Source: the human T2T-CHM13v2.0 reference genome, Homo sapiens
Length of the DNA stretch: 64,000 nucleotides
Reading direction: 5' to 3' (one strand)
Assembly: GCF_009914755.1 (NCBI RefSeq)
Contig: NC_060934.1
Under the pieces are notes generated by a model. The model was not told the DNA's origin. It made no database searches and saw only the letters and a program-made list of their open reading frames with translations. Below, piece by piece: positions 13,743 to 28,201 of the stretch. Every line of letters begins with the position of its first letter. The stretch's first letter is position 1. The position numbers and the translations under genes were made by a program.

Positions 13743-16262
13743 TTTTTTTTAAAGAAATGTATGTCTCAATTTTAGGTGCATAATTAAAAATACACAGAAA
13801 ATGTACTAAGCAGAAAAAAATAGATGAATAAAATGAGCTGGGAATGCTTGTCCCGAAGATGAGCGGCTTGAGAAACAGCATAATGATAATGGGCACTCAG
13901 CAGTGCTTGTTGATTAAATGATGATCATTTTCATCTTCCACTGATGAGGCTGCTGAATAGCTGCAGCTGCTCTTCATTTCCCCCCAGCAAAACAAGAGGA
14001 AATGGATGGTGGAGATGGTGGAGACAGCTTCCTGACACATAGTGCCTGGAAACTGATTGGGGCTGGGGGAGGGGAGGAAAAAGCAACTAACAAATAGATG
14101 AGAAACAAATAGAGTAGTAGCAGAAAAAGACTTAAAAGTCCCCGAAACACTCCTACTTCTAGCACCTGCCAAATGGTATCCATCTTCCTGTGTTGACCCC
14201 ATTGAGTGTCTTAGGCCACGAGAATAGCCCAGCTGCAGCCTATGAACAATTTCTTGGTTATTCTGTGTCTACTTATCCTGGAAAATTCACAATAGAAGAT
14301 AATAATGGAATCAGAACTGGTATGTCTGAATAACAATTACTTAAATTTAGTGTGGCACTTGTAGCCAGTAAAGTTTGCAAATGATTTAGCAGAAAACAGG
14401 TTAGTTAGGATGCTCTAGAACTGGAGTGCACATTTAACTCTACTTTGTATAACATAATGTAGTGAAAGAAAAAAACCTGATATTTTTATTGCTATAATTA
14501 TTTTAGGAAATTGGATGGCCAAAGTTGCTTTGAAATTCAGCTTGAGAATTAGTAAATAAATTAGAAAACCTTCCATTAAAAATTATTGATAAGATTTTAT
14601 TTTAAACAATAAAATAATATTAATAAAAGTAAAGTTGTAAAGTTAAAATTATTGTTTCTAAACAAAAGCCTAGAAATTTTTTTTTACATAATTGAGATGA
14701 TACCTTTTGTATTAATCATGGAAGTATATTTCAAGTGGACACATTAAGACCTATACACGTAAGTTATGATTATACCAATGAATACAACTTCCCCAACTAA
14801 TTGATAAAAATCAGCATGACAACTTTACACTCACATCTTATATATTTTTCTAGGATCAAGATTGTACTTAGGAATTGAAGAAGCTATGGGGGAGAACAAT
14901 TTAGTGAGAAATATGTATATAGGAAACTCTTAACTGTGGGACTTAGGAGGTTAGTTTTTCTTTGATCTTCAATTGAAATCTTTGAGGGGTACATGAGGTC
15001 ACTTTGAAGCCTGCATTTGTTGCTGAAAAGATCACGATCTGCAAATCAAGTGAAAGGAGAAGAGGATCATCCTGGCAGTGTCATTCATTCTCCACGGCAC
15101 TGGAAACATCTGCCAGTGCTGGCGCCAGGCCAGCTAGAGACTTCTCCAAAAGCAAAGTTGAATGACAACTTTCAGGAGGAAGAGACTAAACCGCTTAGGG
15201 AGAATCTTATACATTGTGATGTTTTCCTCATTTTCTACCACAACATCATCTTTACAATACTTTGGCAACTAATTTTATTATACCACTAAATGATCATACA
15301 TCAAGCATTCATGATGGGACTCCCAGTCGTGTGAATTAGATAGATATTGATTTGTGTATTCTTTAACTTTTTTTAATTTAGACAAGTTTATTTTTTAGCC
15401 ATGACATCTTAAACCTTCATTGACTTTAACTTTATCCCATTTTTGTTGTGATATTTAGGAATTTTTAGCATGGCACCTACTTATAAAATCAATAATGTTC
15501 TCCATAGAATTTCAAAACAAAATGATCATGTTTTAAATCTATATTGGTTGTTTTCGTTTTACCCTCATTTGTTATTTAAGTTTTGCTGGAATTTCCTGGC
15601 ATTTCATGATGAAAATGATTACAGATTCATTTGTATATACAGCATAATAGATAGGTACCAAATGTCAGGTGCAAGTCTCACCTCTTGGTTTATAATTCTT
15701 GCACTATATAGATAATTTTCACTCCCAGTACAGTGATTGATCTTTAACGGAAGTATCTAGAATGTTCTTGATAACAAGAGTCAGTAAAATAGAAGCAGTT
15801 TAAAATTTTTGTTATTTGAAAACATTCATCAATTTAATCATAGTCAAACAGATGTATATAAATAGGCTACCATCAATAATATGAGTGCAGTTGGCATGGT
15901 AAATTATTTGCAACAATAAAAGCAGCTTCATAAGATAGAGCATAGTAATAGACCTACCTCAATTTTGTTTTTGTAACTGCCAGGAGATACAATCTACAAT
16001 ATTTCCACTAAAGAATACAGTCATATTCACAATGTAAAGGGTACACTACACAGCCTAAAACTAACAAGGTAAAATGTAGTTGGCATCTAAGTCGACAGCA
16101 TGTAGGTCAGATGAGCACTCATGAGGACTATCTTTCATGATGGTGATCATATCAAGGGAGGTAGAGCCCTGTTGATAAAGCAGAGTGCCTTCCGTTCCTT
16201 TTACCCCCCGACCTTTGGAAAGCAACCCTTGTATATACCACTGTGTGTTTCTTCCTGTTTAG

Positions 16263-16420
16263 AGCCAAATGACGAATTGTGGATCGGCTTAAATGACATT
16301 AAGATTCAAATGTACTTTGAGTGGAGTGATGGGACCCCTGTAACGTTTACCAAATGGCTTCGTGGAGAACCAAGCCATGAAAACAACAGACAGGAGGATT
16401 GTGTGGTGATGAAAGGCAAG
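16263..16420 (+). CDS. MRC1: MRC1 exon 8 (158 nt), CTLD2
   Basis: tag|AG..AAG|gtaagg; (E)PNDELWIGLNDIKIQMYFEWSDGTPVTFTKWLRGEPSHENNRQEDCVVMKGK. Confidence 0.97.
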
Positions 16421-16858
16421 GTAAGGCCACTTGAATGACTGATATTTATAATGAAAGTCACGGGGGATTTTTCCTTCTGTCCCAGTCAGTTACATATGTT
16501 TGTTTAGATTGTTTTTATTCTACATAAATTGGCATGGATCAAAGGTGAACCAAAATTCAGATTTGATTTCTTGAATCCCTCTCAACTGTCTAGCAAAGTC
16601 AAATTTTCAAGAGGATCACTGAAGCAATGGACAGAAACTTTTGGGTCAAGGATGAAATTCGCCTGTAATGAATACTCATATTGTTTCTATGGCACTATAT
16701 ATGTACATGGCCATATATATAGTGCCATATTATAATGGTGTATATATATATCCACCAAAGCTCTCATCTGACCAATTAAGCCATATATATGATTATGCAT
16801 GTATATATAAAAAGTTATTATAAGCCATATATATGATTACAAGAGATGTAAAAAGAGA

Positions 16859-16864
16859 TATATA

Positions 16865-16907
<43 letters not shown>

Positions 16908-16908
16908 G
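16859..16908. repeat. (TA)n(TG)n(TA)n microsatellite
   Basis: Directly visible dinucleotide runs. Confidence 0.95.
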
Positions 16909-17234
16909 TAAAAAGAGATTGTAGCCCCGTATATATGTGAGAGATATATATACACCAAGTAGATGCAGATCTACTTACAACTACGGTGGATTAGGTCTGG
17001 AAGCTGTACTTGGGGAGCTACATTCATTTTTTTCAGTTTACATGGAGCTGTCATATGAAATGATTGCTTTTATGATTGAAATATGACCTCAGTGATTGAA
17101 AAATGTTATCAAATTTATCTTTTATTAATAGATGGTAAACACAGTGATTAAGAGGCTGAGTTTTGCTGTGTGACTGACTCCTTTATTTGCAAAATGGGAA
17201 TAAGAGCTGTACTTAGCTCACCTGTGGATATGAG

Positions 17235-17544
17235 GTTTTTTTTGTTGTTGTTGTTGTTGTTTGTTTGTTTGTTTTTTAAGACAGAGTCTTGCTCTGTCAC
17301 CCAGGCTGCAGTGCAGTGGTGCAATCTCAGCTCATTGCAGTCTTGACCTCCTGGGTTCAGGCCTCCCAAATAGCTGTGACTAAAGGTGCGTGCCACCACG
17401 CCTGGCTAATTTTTTGTATTTTTGGTACAGATGGAGTTTTGCCATGTTGCCCAAGCTAGTCTTGAACTCCTAAGCTCAAGTGATCTGCCTGCCTCAGCCT
17501 CCCAAAGTGTTGAGGTTACAGGCGTGAGCCACTGTGCCAGGCCC
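17235..17544 (-). mobile_element. Alu (partly deleted) inserted in a MIR-like element
   Basis: Reverse Alu; TSD ggatatgag; flanks contain MIR-like tttgcaaaatgggaataa and aaataatgcatgt. Confidence 0.9.
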
Positions 17545-17609
17545 AGGATATGAGTATTAAATAATGCATGTGTGGTACACAGTTCCCAGCCCATATTTAT
17601 TGTTCAATA

Positions 17610-17680
17610 ATTTTTGTCATTGTGGTTGTTTATTTTTGTCACTGTGGCTGTTATTTTTGTCATTGTGGTTGTTTTTATTG
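17610..17680. repeat. About 21-23 bp tandem repeat (tttttgtcattgtggttgtt) x3
   Basis: Directly visible. Confidence 0.85.
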
Positions 17681-17928
17681 TGATGGATTGAAAGTTTAAG
17701 AACATATTAGGTGTTAACTATCCAAAGAGTAGACAGAAGAAACCAGAAAGCAGCATGCTTGGAGGAGGTGAAAGGTCAGTGTGGTTGAAATCATGAAGTC
17801 AGAGCCGGAAGGGTGGGTAGGAACTGAGGTTCAAGAAACATGAGTTGTCTCGGAGGGGTAAAACCAAAGTGGCAATTTATAAATGTTACTCTGGCTAAAG
17901 GCTTACGTGTCAGATTGCACTGGGCTGA

Positions 17929-18282
<354 letters not shown>

Positions 18283-18581
18283 CAGAAAACATTTTTTTCA
18301 AGATGTTTAGCAGCGAAGGGAAGGAAAGGAGAGGTCCTTTTAACATGAAATCTCAAAGGAAAAGAGAGGGGATAGAATCTGAAATAAAGTGGAAGGTTGA
18401 GCCTCAGATCCAGGGGAGCACTCATCAGTAGAAATAGGAAGAAGGCAGAAAAGATGACTGTGGTTTCATGATGCTTTCAAGTTGGTGTGTTGGGTGCAGG
18501 AGATTTTTCTGGATGGCGTATATGAACTTGATTAATTTGAAGACAGAGCTGACTGCAGGGATTGATGAAGACGCTGCATGC

Positions 18582-18862
18582 GGCCGGGCCCAGTGGCTCA
18601 CGCCTGTGATCCCAGCACTTTGGGAGGCCGAGGCAGGCGGATCATGAGGTCGGGAGATCGAGACCATCCTGGCTAACACGGTGAAACCCCGTCTCTACTA
18701 AAAATATAAAAAATTAGCAGGGCGTGGTGGCAGGCGCCTGTAGTCCCAGCTACTCGGGAGGCTGAGGCAGGAAAATGGTGTGAACCTGGGAGGTGGAGCT
18801 TGCAGTGAGCCAAGATCAGAGCCACTGCACTCCAGCCTGGGCAACAGAGCGAGACTCCGTCT

Positions 18863-18894
<32 letters not shown>
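18582..18894 (+). mobile_element. AluY-like element with long poly-A
   Basis: gagatcgagaccatcctggctaacacgg diagnostic; TSD aaga(c/g)gctgcatgc. Confidence 0.95.
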
Positions 18895-18899
<5 letters not shown>

Positions 18900-19156
18900 C
18901 TGCATGCAAACCTCTTGCGAGCACCGTCATCCAAGGACTTACAGACATTTTTAATTTCTCCCTGGATTCCTCTAAACAATGGCTTGGACATCTCAGATAT
19001 AAAATCATATTGCGGCTCCAATCACTTTTTACATGTTTATAGCTAGAGTCAAAATTACTGTTTACATATGAACATGTCAATTACCTTTCCTTTTAGTAGA
19101 TGCCGTTTTCTCTCAATAACCTTGGATCTTAATTTTCCTCCTCTGAGGCACAGTTA

Positions 19157-19508
<352 letters not shown>

Positions 19509-19539
19509 TTATTTTTTTCTCTCTCTCTGCTCCCTGCAG

Positions 19540-19650
19540 GATGGGTACTGGGCAGATCGGGGCTGTGAGTGGCCTCTTGGCTACATCTGCAAGATGAAAT
19601 CACGAAGCCAAGGTCCAGAAATAGTGGAAGTCGAAAAAGGCTGCAGGAAA
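19540..19650 (+). CDS. MRC1: MRC1 exon 9 (111 nt, phase 0-0), end of CTLD2
   Basis: cag|GAT..AAA|gtgagt; [37 protein letters not shown]. Confidence 0.97.
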
Positions 19651-21434
19651 GTGAGTGCACCATGCCCACAGTGACTTAAGCTGAGCACGTATGAGTTGAT
19701 ACCGTTGGCTTTATTTTTATGTGTGAAAGTGCCTTGTTATTGCAGTAGCCAAGGGTTTCTGCTGTCTCAGTCTTCAATAGTTTATTGTTAGTGTTGATCT
19801 CACTGTTCTCCTTAAAGTTTTCTTGGGGAATTCTCTATAGTTAATACAGAGGTACACAAGGCCGGTAGCTCCTTTCAGAATGTCATGGGAATTGGAAGAG
19901 AGAGAACAGGAACTAAAAATGGCACATCAGAGGGAATCTGGCTAAGTTGAGGGCAGGCCACGGGAGAAGGTGTCATCCACCTTCTATAGTAGAAGGTGAC
20001 AGTCTACTATAGTCTGTCATCCTATGGGTTGTTAAGAACATTTGCAGTAGATACCCCCAAGTTGCTGATAGCAAATGATCCTTAGTCATTTTTTTCCCAT
20101 TTATAATCTTTCTGATGAGGCATCTCCTGGAGAGGATTCTTCTCAGTAGGTCACCGCAGTCGGGAGGTAGGAAATCCAGCCTCCAACTGGTACCCACGGT
20201 AACTCAGTGGTCCCTGTGAAATAGTTTTTTAAAGCACACAGAAGCTATGAAAACACAGGGTTTATGGTTATCATTTTCCTGTTTGATTGCTACATCTTCT
20301 TTTCTACTTTCTCATTTTCTTTGAATAAAAATGAAGTAGAAACTATTTTTTTCCCTAAGAGTATTATGTTGTGGTCACATAATCTTATAACACGTACCAG
20401 AAAGCTGATAATTTGGTACTATAAAAATAAACCATAAAGAAATAGAGCAGATAATGGAAAATCATAGCATGGAAGAGTCACAAAGGACCTGGGTGATTTC
20501 ACAGTTCCTCTTCTAAGTTTTGAATTCTGGAAACTTCAGTTCAGAGAAGCAACGTAGCTTTCTGATAGAAACAGAGGCAAGGGTAGAACCCAGGTCTCCT
20601 GTCCCTAAACAACTATCCTTTGTTTCAGTTCCAGCATACGTTCATATTCTTTGCCTGATCATATGTTTACACAAGCTTGTATATTACTGTCATTTTCTAA
20701 AATAACAAACCTTACATTTTTATTGCTTTTAATCAATCTGTTTTATTTTTTTCTATTTTCCTACACATCTAAAATCTTGATAATAATCCTGTTTAATCAT
20801 TAGGATGATAATAAAAATAAAATAATAGCAGTCCCTTATGAAGTACAATTATTGCATTCTAATAGATTTACAGGGTGAATATTATAGTCCTGATTAAAAA
20901 GAAGAGGAAACTGAAACACAAAGAGTTTAAACAACTTGACCACTTTAAAAACACCTGTTTGAGGCAGTGCTTTCCTTACCGGGCTGGGAAGACTAGGAAA
21001 GAAAAAATCCACTCATCAACAAAGGAAGATAATAATGCAATTTTTTTCTGCCTGGGCTTTGGCATACAGTGGTGTTGAGGGGTCTTTCTAAGAATTCAGA
21101 AATCACAGGCTTGTTGTTGTTGCACAGACCTGGGATTTAATTTTCAATTCAATGCTATCAGTGTGGGAAACCCTAAACCAAGAAATCAACCTAAAGTGGC
21201 CACAGGTTTCTAATAGTCCAGGATTCCTGACATATATAAATGTAAATCCTCATTATAAAGAAGTCTCATTATTCAAGCTGTGGCAACCCCACAGGTGAGA
21301 CTGAAACCCCAAATTATAAGATATACCACCAGGATCTTCATATGGGGAAAATTTATAGATATGACATTAAAATAAAATGTGTTTTAAAATGTTTACAGAA
21401 AAAGACAGAAATGAAACCATTCATCAGCCACCAA

Positions 21435-21790
21435 ATTGTCTGAGAATGTCTTAAATTCATCCTCACCCTGAATAATAGTTTAGCTAGGTCAGTTTAGAAT
21501 TCTGGATTGATGGTTGTTTTCTGACAGCGGTTTATATATTATTTTATTATACTTTCTCGTGGCCTTATTTTTGGTACTGGAATTCCTGCTGTCACACTAA
21601 TTCTTCTTCAGTTTTGAAGTGGATATGCTGGTGGTTCTCTCTGATTGATTTTAAAATCTTCTCCTTGTCTTTGGCATTCTGCAGTGCCTGGGTGAATGCC
21701 GAGTACCTAGTGGAATGCTGCAGTGTAGCATTCTACTACATGTGCCTAGATCTGGAATTATTTTATTTGTTGACTTTGCTCCCTGGTGTG
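21435..21790 (-). mobile_element. Old L1M fragment (ORF1 region)
   Basis: tgtctgagaatgtctt...agaattctggattgatgg parallels the L1 ORF1 segment at about 53355-53430. Confidence 0.6.
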
Positions 21791-21794
21791 ATTC

Positions 21795-22118
21795 TTTTTT
21801 TTTGAAATGAAGTCTTGCTCTGTTGCCCAGGCTGGAGTGCAGTGGCATGATATTAGCTCACTGCAACCTCCGCCTCCCGGGCTCAAGTAATTCTTCTGCT
21901 TCAGCCTCCTGAGTAGCTGGGACTATAGGCACAAGCTACCATGCCTGGCTAATTTTTGTATTTTTGGTAGAGATGGAGTTTTACCATATTGGCCAGGCTG
22001 ATCTTGAACTCCTGACCTCATGATCCATCCGCCTTGGCCTCCCAAAGTGCTGGGATTACAGGCATGAGCCATTGTGCCAGGCATGAGCCATCACAGGCAT
22101 GAGCCATCGTGCCAGGCC
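21795..22118 (-). mobile_element. Alu with a triplicated 5' end
   Basis: Reverse Alu; caggcatgagccat present three times; flanks gtgtgattct/gagtgattct. Confidence 0.93.
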
Positions 22119-22613
22119 CAGAGTGATTCTTTGAGGTTTCACAGCCATCTTTCAGTTCTTGAAAGTGACCCATCATTAGTTTTATTCGCTGCTTCTGAAA
22201 CTTCTGAAACTTATTATAGGCGGTTGTTCAATCTTCTCATTCTATTGTCTATGCTTTCTGTCAACATGTTTTTTAACCTCTTTTCGTATCTTCATCTCTT
22301 CCTATGCTATCTTTTCTGTCTTGCTTTTTATCTTTTCATCCAATTGACTAATTTCCTATGAAACCCTGATTACTATATTTAATCTGACCATTGAGTTTTT
22401 AACTTCATTGCTATGGTTTTCTTTTATAGACATTCCGTACTTTGGGGTTCACATCCTCCTTTTCTTTGTGCATACTATTTTGATCTTTTGTTATTGGATT
22501 TATTCTTTTGTTACCAAGTCATCTCAAACATGCTGTTTTTTTAATAAGAGCTTTCTGTTTTATTATGTTCAGTTGTTGACTCTTCCTTAAAATGGGACAT
22601 TTTCTCATATGGC

Positions 22614-22914
22614 TTGTTGTTGTTGTTGTTTTTGAGAAGGAGTCTTGCTATGTTGCCCAGGCTGGCATGCAGTGGCATGATCTCGGCTCAGCGCAACCTC
22701 TACCACATGGGTTCACACAATTCTCCTGCTTCAGCCTCCCAAGTAGCTGGGACTACAGGTGCCTGCCGTCACGCCCAGCTAATTTTTGCATTTTCAGTCA
22801 AGACGGGGTTTCACCACGTTGGTCAAGGTGGTCTTGAACTCCTGACCTCAAGTGACCCACCTGCTTCGTCCTTCCAAAGTGTTGGGGTTACAGGTGGGAG
22901 CCACTGCGCCTGGC
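22614..22914 (-). mobile_element. Full-length Alu
   Basis: Reverse Alu with (TTG)n tail. Confidence 0.94.
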
Positions 22915-23572
22915 TGGTTTATTGCTTTTGGTTGTGATTTAGTGACCTCTCCATCCCCACCCATCTCCCCAAATGTCACAGTCTCTCTTGACCTGGTTGG
23001 TGGGCATATTTCTGATGTGTGGTTTTGCATTCTACTTCTTGGAGTGCTTTAGAGATTCTCCTTTTACAGATTAAGTATAACTTTAATTTCTTGGCTGTGG
23101 GTTCCCATACAATGTGGATAGCATAAACTTGGAACTGTCACTCATCTGCAGCACAAACTTGGTATTTGTTTTCAAACTCAGGAATTGTTTTTTTCCGGTA
23201 CTCAGAACCCCAGGTAGATGACAAGACACTGTCATTTCCTGCTTCTGTGGGCAGAATGTTCTAGTTCTCCTTTAACCAAGGGGTTACCGGGGTTACTGGT
23301 ATCATTTTTATACAAGGACCTCGGTTCCAACTCCCTGCCTCAAGTGAGACAAAGGCCAAATACCATATTCTGTATGGACATTAATACCACAGCCTTTAGG
23401 ATCTTAATCTAGGATCTCATATGTCCTTGGCCAACAACAATTTAGTTTGTGCATTTTCCATTCAGCTTTTAGTATTCTACTAAATTCGGGTACCTGGAGA
23501 TTTCCCCCTTCTTCTTCTCAAACTCTAGCATGGATTTTTCATTTATTGTTATGTTTTTATTTAGCATTTCTG

Positions 23573-23873
23573 TTTTTTTTTTTTCTGAGACAGAGTCTCA
23601 CTTTGTCACTCAGGCTCGAGTGTAGTGGTGTGATTGATCATGGCTCACTGTAGCCTCCACCTCCTTGGCTCAGTCAATCCTCCTGCCTCAGCCTCCCGAG
23701 TAGCTGGGACTACAGGCACATGCCATCATGCCTAGCTAATTTTATAAAATTTTCTGTAAAGATAGGGACTCACTATGTTGCCCAGGCTGGTCTTGAACTC
23801 CTGGGCTCAAGTCATCCTCCCAACTTCGACTCCCAAAGTGCTGGCGTTACAGGCATATGCCACTGTGCCTGGC
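23573..23873 (-). mobile_element. Full-length Alu (AluJ-like)
   Basis: Reverse Alu; TSD catttctgt. Confidence 0.93.
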
Positions 23874-24323
23874 CATTTCTGTGTATTTGGAGTATGGGAG
23901 AAGGAGGAACAATGCTGAATCATACTGCCTGAAGTTTGAAAAGTGCTCTCCTATGACCCAATGATGTAGCTTTATACCCACCTTCTAGTATTGTCTTCCA
24001 TAGGCAACTAGGTTTGCTCTTCCCCAAATTCTTTCCTGTGGTTACCTATTCTAAAACTGGTATCTTAGCCGTTCTGTTCAGTTTCCTCAGTAAACGTTTC
24101 ACAAATAGTTTTCGTTGCAAGATACATTATAAGTGGAGAGAATGGCTGCCCCCATTTATTTGCATATTTGTCATAGGAGGAATGATGTACTACTGTTTCT
24201 TTTATTCGTTTATGTGTATAATTTTCATTGCATTTCAGATTCTTCAGAGTTGTGTTCTTTAGACATTCCTATTGTTTATCCAATAGTTTCATGATAGAAA
24301 AAGTATTAAAATATTATTTTCTA

Positions 24324-24622
<299 letters not shown>

Positions 24623-24683
24623 TATTTTATAATATATATGCATGAACTCTGCTCATTTATTCACTGCTTGATAACATTAATAG

Positions 24684-24799
24684 GGCTGGAAAAAACATCA
24701 CTTTTACTGCTATATGATTGGACATACGCTTTCAACATTTGCAGAAGCAAACCAAACCTGTAATAATGAGAATGCTTATTTAACAACTATTGAAGACAG
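24684..24799 (+). CDS. MRC1: MRC1 exon 10 (116 nt), CTLD3
   Basis: tag|GGC..CAG|gtatgt; GWKKHHFYCYMIGHTLSTFAEANQTCNNENAYLTTIED(R). Confidence 0.96.
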
Positions 24800-26829
24800 G
24801 TATGTAACTATTTTAATTTCATTTTAAAATATGTCAAATAGAAAAAAGTTTCAGAAAAGCCCAAGTATCAACATGCTCTAAATTTCTGAGTATGTGTGAT
24901 CTTGAGGTATGATTTGTAAAGATAGAAGCATTAAAAATAATATTCTTATTTGGATTCTTCATTGCAAACATTATAAACCGTTTTTGCTAAATTTAGTAGT
25001 ATAAAGCAACATTCAGAACAGTTTATAAATAATAATCTAGTAAATGTAGTTTATGGAGCTAACTTTTTAATGATCCATTCGACGTTGAATTTTTTAAAGC
25101 AGGAAAGTAACTAAAAGTTGCCGGCTCAAAATCACGTTATATCTTTACCACTCTCTCCACCAAAAAAGAAGGCAAAGAAGTTTACTGAATAATTCATTCA
25201 TTCTTTCCAGTCTTCCATTCTTTGCTTTGCTTTGCTATGTTAACAGACTCATAGGTCAGGAAAATCACATGGACATAGAGGAGCTTATGTAATTTTTTAT
25301 CTCTAGGGTCCTATCTATTTTTAAGATTTATTCGTTTACTTTTCACCTACTCTATGCAAAGCTCTGGATTAGCCACAGAAGAAAGTTTACAAAAATGGAA
25401 AAGTATCTATTTCACTTGCAGTAAAGAAGTAACAAAATTATGGAGTTTTAGTACAATAAGTTATATTTACTGGACTTTCGAGGCAGACCGAATAAAATGT
25501 AAGGGATACTGTTGATATTAAAAATCTTTGGATAAAAATGAGAGATGTCATAACATTTCATAGTCTTTATAAAAGAACTGTATTTCTATCCACATGCTGC
25601 TTTCATATATATTTAAATGTCTAATATATGGTAGTAGCACCCTAATACAATGCTAACATCTGAAACTCAGAACGTAGGTACTTTTTATCTTCTGTGAGGG
25701 AGGTAAACTGCTCACCTTTAAGTACCATGAGATCATATTCTGGTCTGCACTATAATTGATCTTTTGGTCTATTGGACATTTGTGCATCTACATTTGGACA
25801 TTTGTACATCCAGATGTGCATGATTTCACTATATTTTATATTTATTTTTCCTTGTGTATCTTCTGTAATATTTATACTCAGGAGTTCACTAACTGTTGTT
25901 AAATATGGTTTAGAGACATTTAAGGCAACTAAATCGAGTTTGGAACTTTTAATTTTTTTGGTTTGTTTTGTTTAGGGAATGAAATTATTTAGACTATGGT
26001 CAAATAAAATGTTGTATTGCTGTTAGGTTTCTCTATATTCTCTTCCTGCTCTCTCTGAAGTCATCTACAACTCTCTCCGTTTCTGGAAACTTCGGACACC
26101 ATTTTTCTTTTTCTCAAAAGACAGACTTTTTCCTATGTTGCTGCTTCCGTTGTTTTATTTGTCATTTTAGACAAGTTTTCAGTGCCTTGTCAACTGAATT
26201 TTATTGTTCCCAGATTAATGCCAAATAGACAAGAATCCTAAGGGAGAGAAAGTGTTGGAATTCATGATTCTGCTTCTCATTCATTCTGGAGATTGAGTCT
26301 CTGCTTCTCTGTATTTCTTGATAATTTTCTCTTTTGTTTCAGAGCTGAAATATGAGAGAATAAAATTGAGGGGGGAAATTCATGCAGATTATTTCATGAG
26401 TATTATCCTTGATAATGTTATTAACCTTGAACTTGCTTAACCAAGAATTGAGTAGAACTATTTGAAGAGTGGACTGATTTTTTAAAACATTGTATTTTAA
26501 AATGCATTAGTTTTCTTCTTTGTATTCTCAAAATTCTCTGACATTTTGAGAATAGGCAGAGGGGCTGGTGAGGGCTAGAGGGAGATGGTTTGAGTATCTC
26601 CGAATGATTTTATATACTCAGCTATATGGTATTTTTCCATCATAAGCTCACATTTCCTTGGTGACAATGTGTATAATGTAGATGACATACAAATATAACA
26701 CAATATATTTGAATTACCAGTTCAGTTATAGCTCAAACATAGGACTGAGATAGTTTCCACGTTGATAATTTTGAAAATTGGCATAAATGTTTCAAAAACT
26801 TAATTGAATGTTAATTCTTCTTTTTAAAG

Positions 26830-26978
26830 ATATGAACAAGCCTTCCTGACTAGTTTCGTTGGCTTAAGGCCTGAAAAATATTTCTGGACAGGACTTTCAG
26901 ATATACAAACCAAAGGGACTTTTCAGTGGACCATCGAGGAAGAGGTTCGGTTCACCCACTGGAATTCAGATATGCCAG
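26830..26978 (+). CDS. MRC1: MRC1 exon 11 (149 nt), CTLD3
   Basis: aag|A..CAG|gtatgg; YEQAFLTSFVGLRPEKYFWTGLSDIQTKGTFQWTIEEEVRFTHWNSDMP. Confidence 0.96.
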
Positions 26979-27208
26979 GTATGGGCAGCGCTTAGGTTGA
27001 GGGTTGCTTTCACCCTACGAATCTGTTAGATAAAGTCTGTTATTCCTCCGGGTATCTCTGCAAATAGACTAGGTAAATTAGTCATGCTTTTAGTAACAAT
27101 TTATATTTCATTCTCTTTTCGTTTTTTCTTTTCTTCCTTTTTTTCTTTTCTAAAAGTTTCCCAATAGGTTTAGTGTTCTAAAGAAAAAAGGAAGAAAAAA
27201 ATTGCTAG

Positions 27209-27602
<394 letters not shown>

Positions 27603-27793
27603 TGACTTATTTCTGAAAACCTAAAACTATATTAAATGGACATAAAGCTTTTCAGTGCAATTAGGAGTTGAAATATTAGAGTGGTTGGGTGGGGCAGCAA
27701 AGGACATTGCTCATGCGGAACTCATTATTTCCATATCTTCCATGTGCTACCATGTTTAGTCTTTTATTTGCCTTGGATTTTATTTTGTCATCA

Positions 27794-28201
<408 letters not shown>

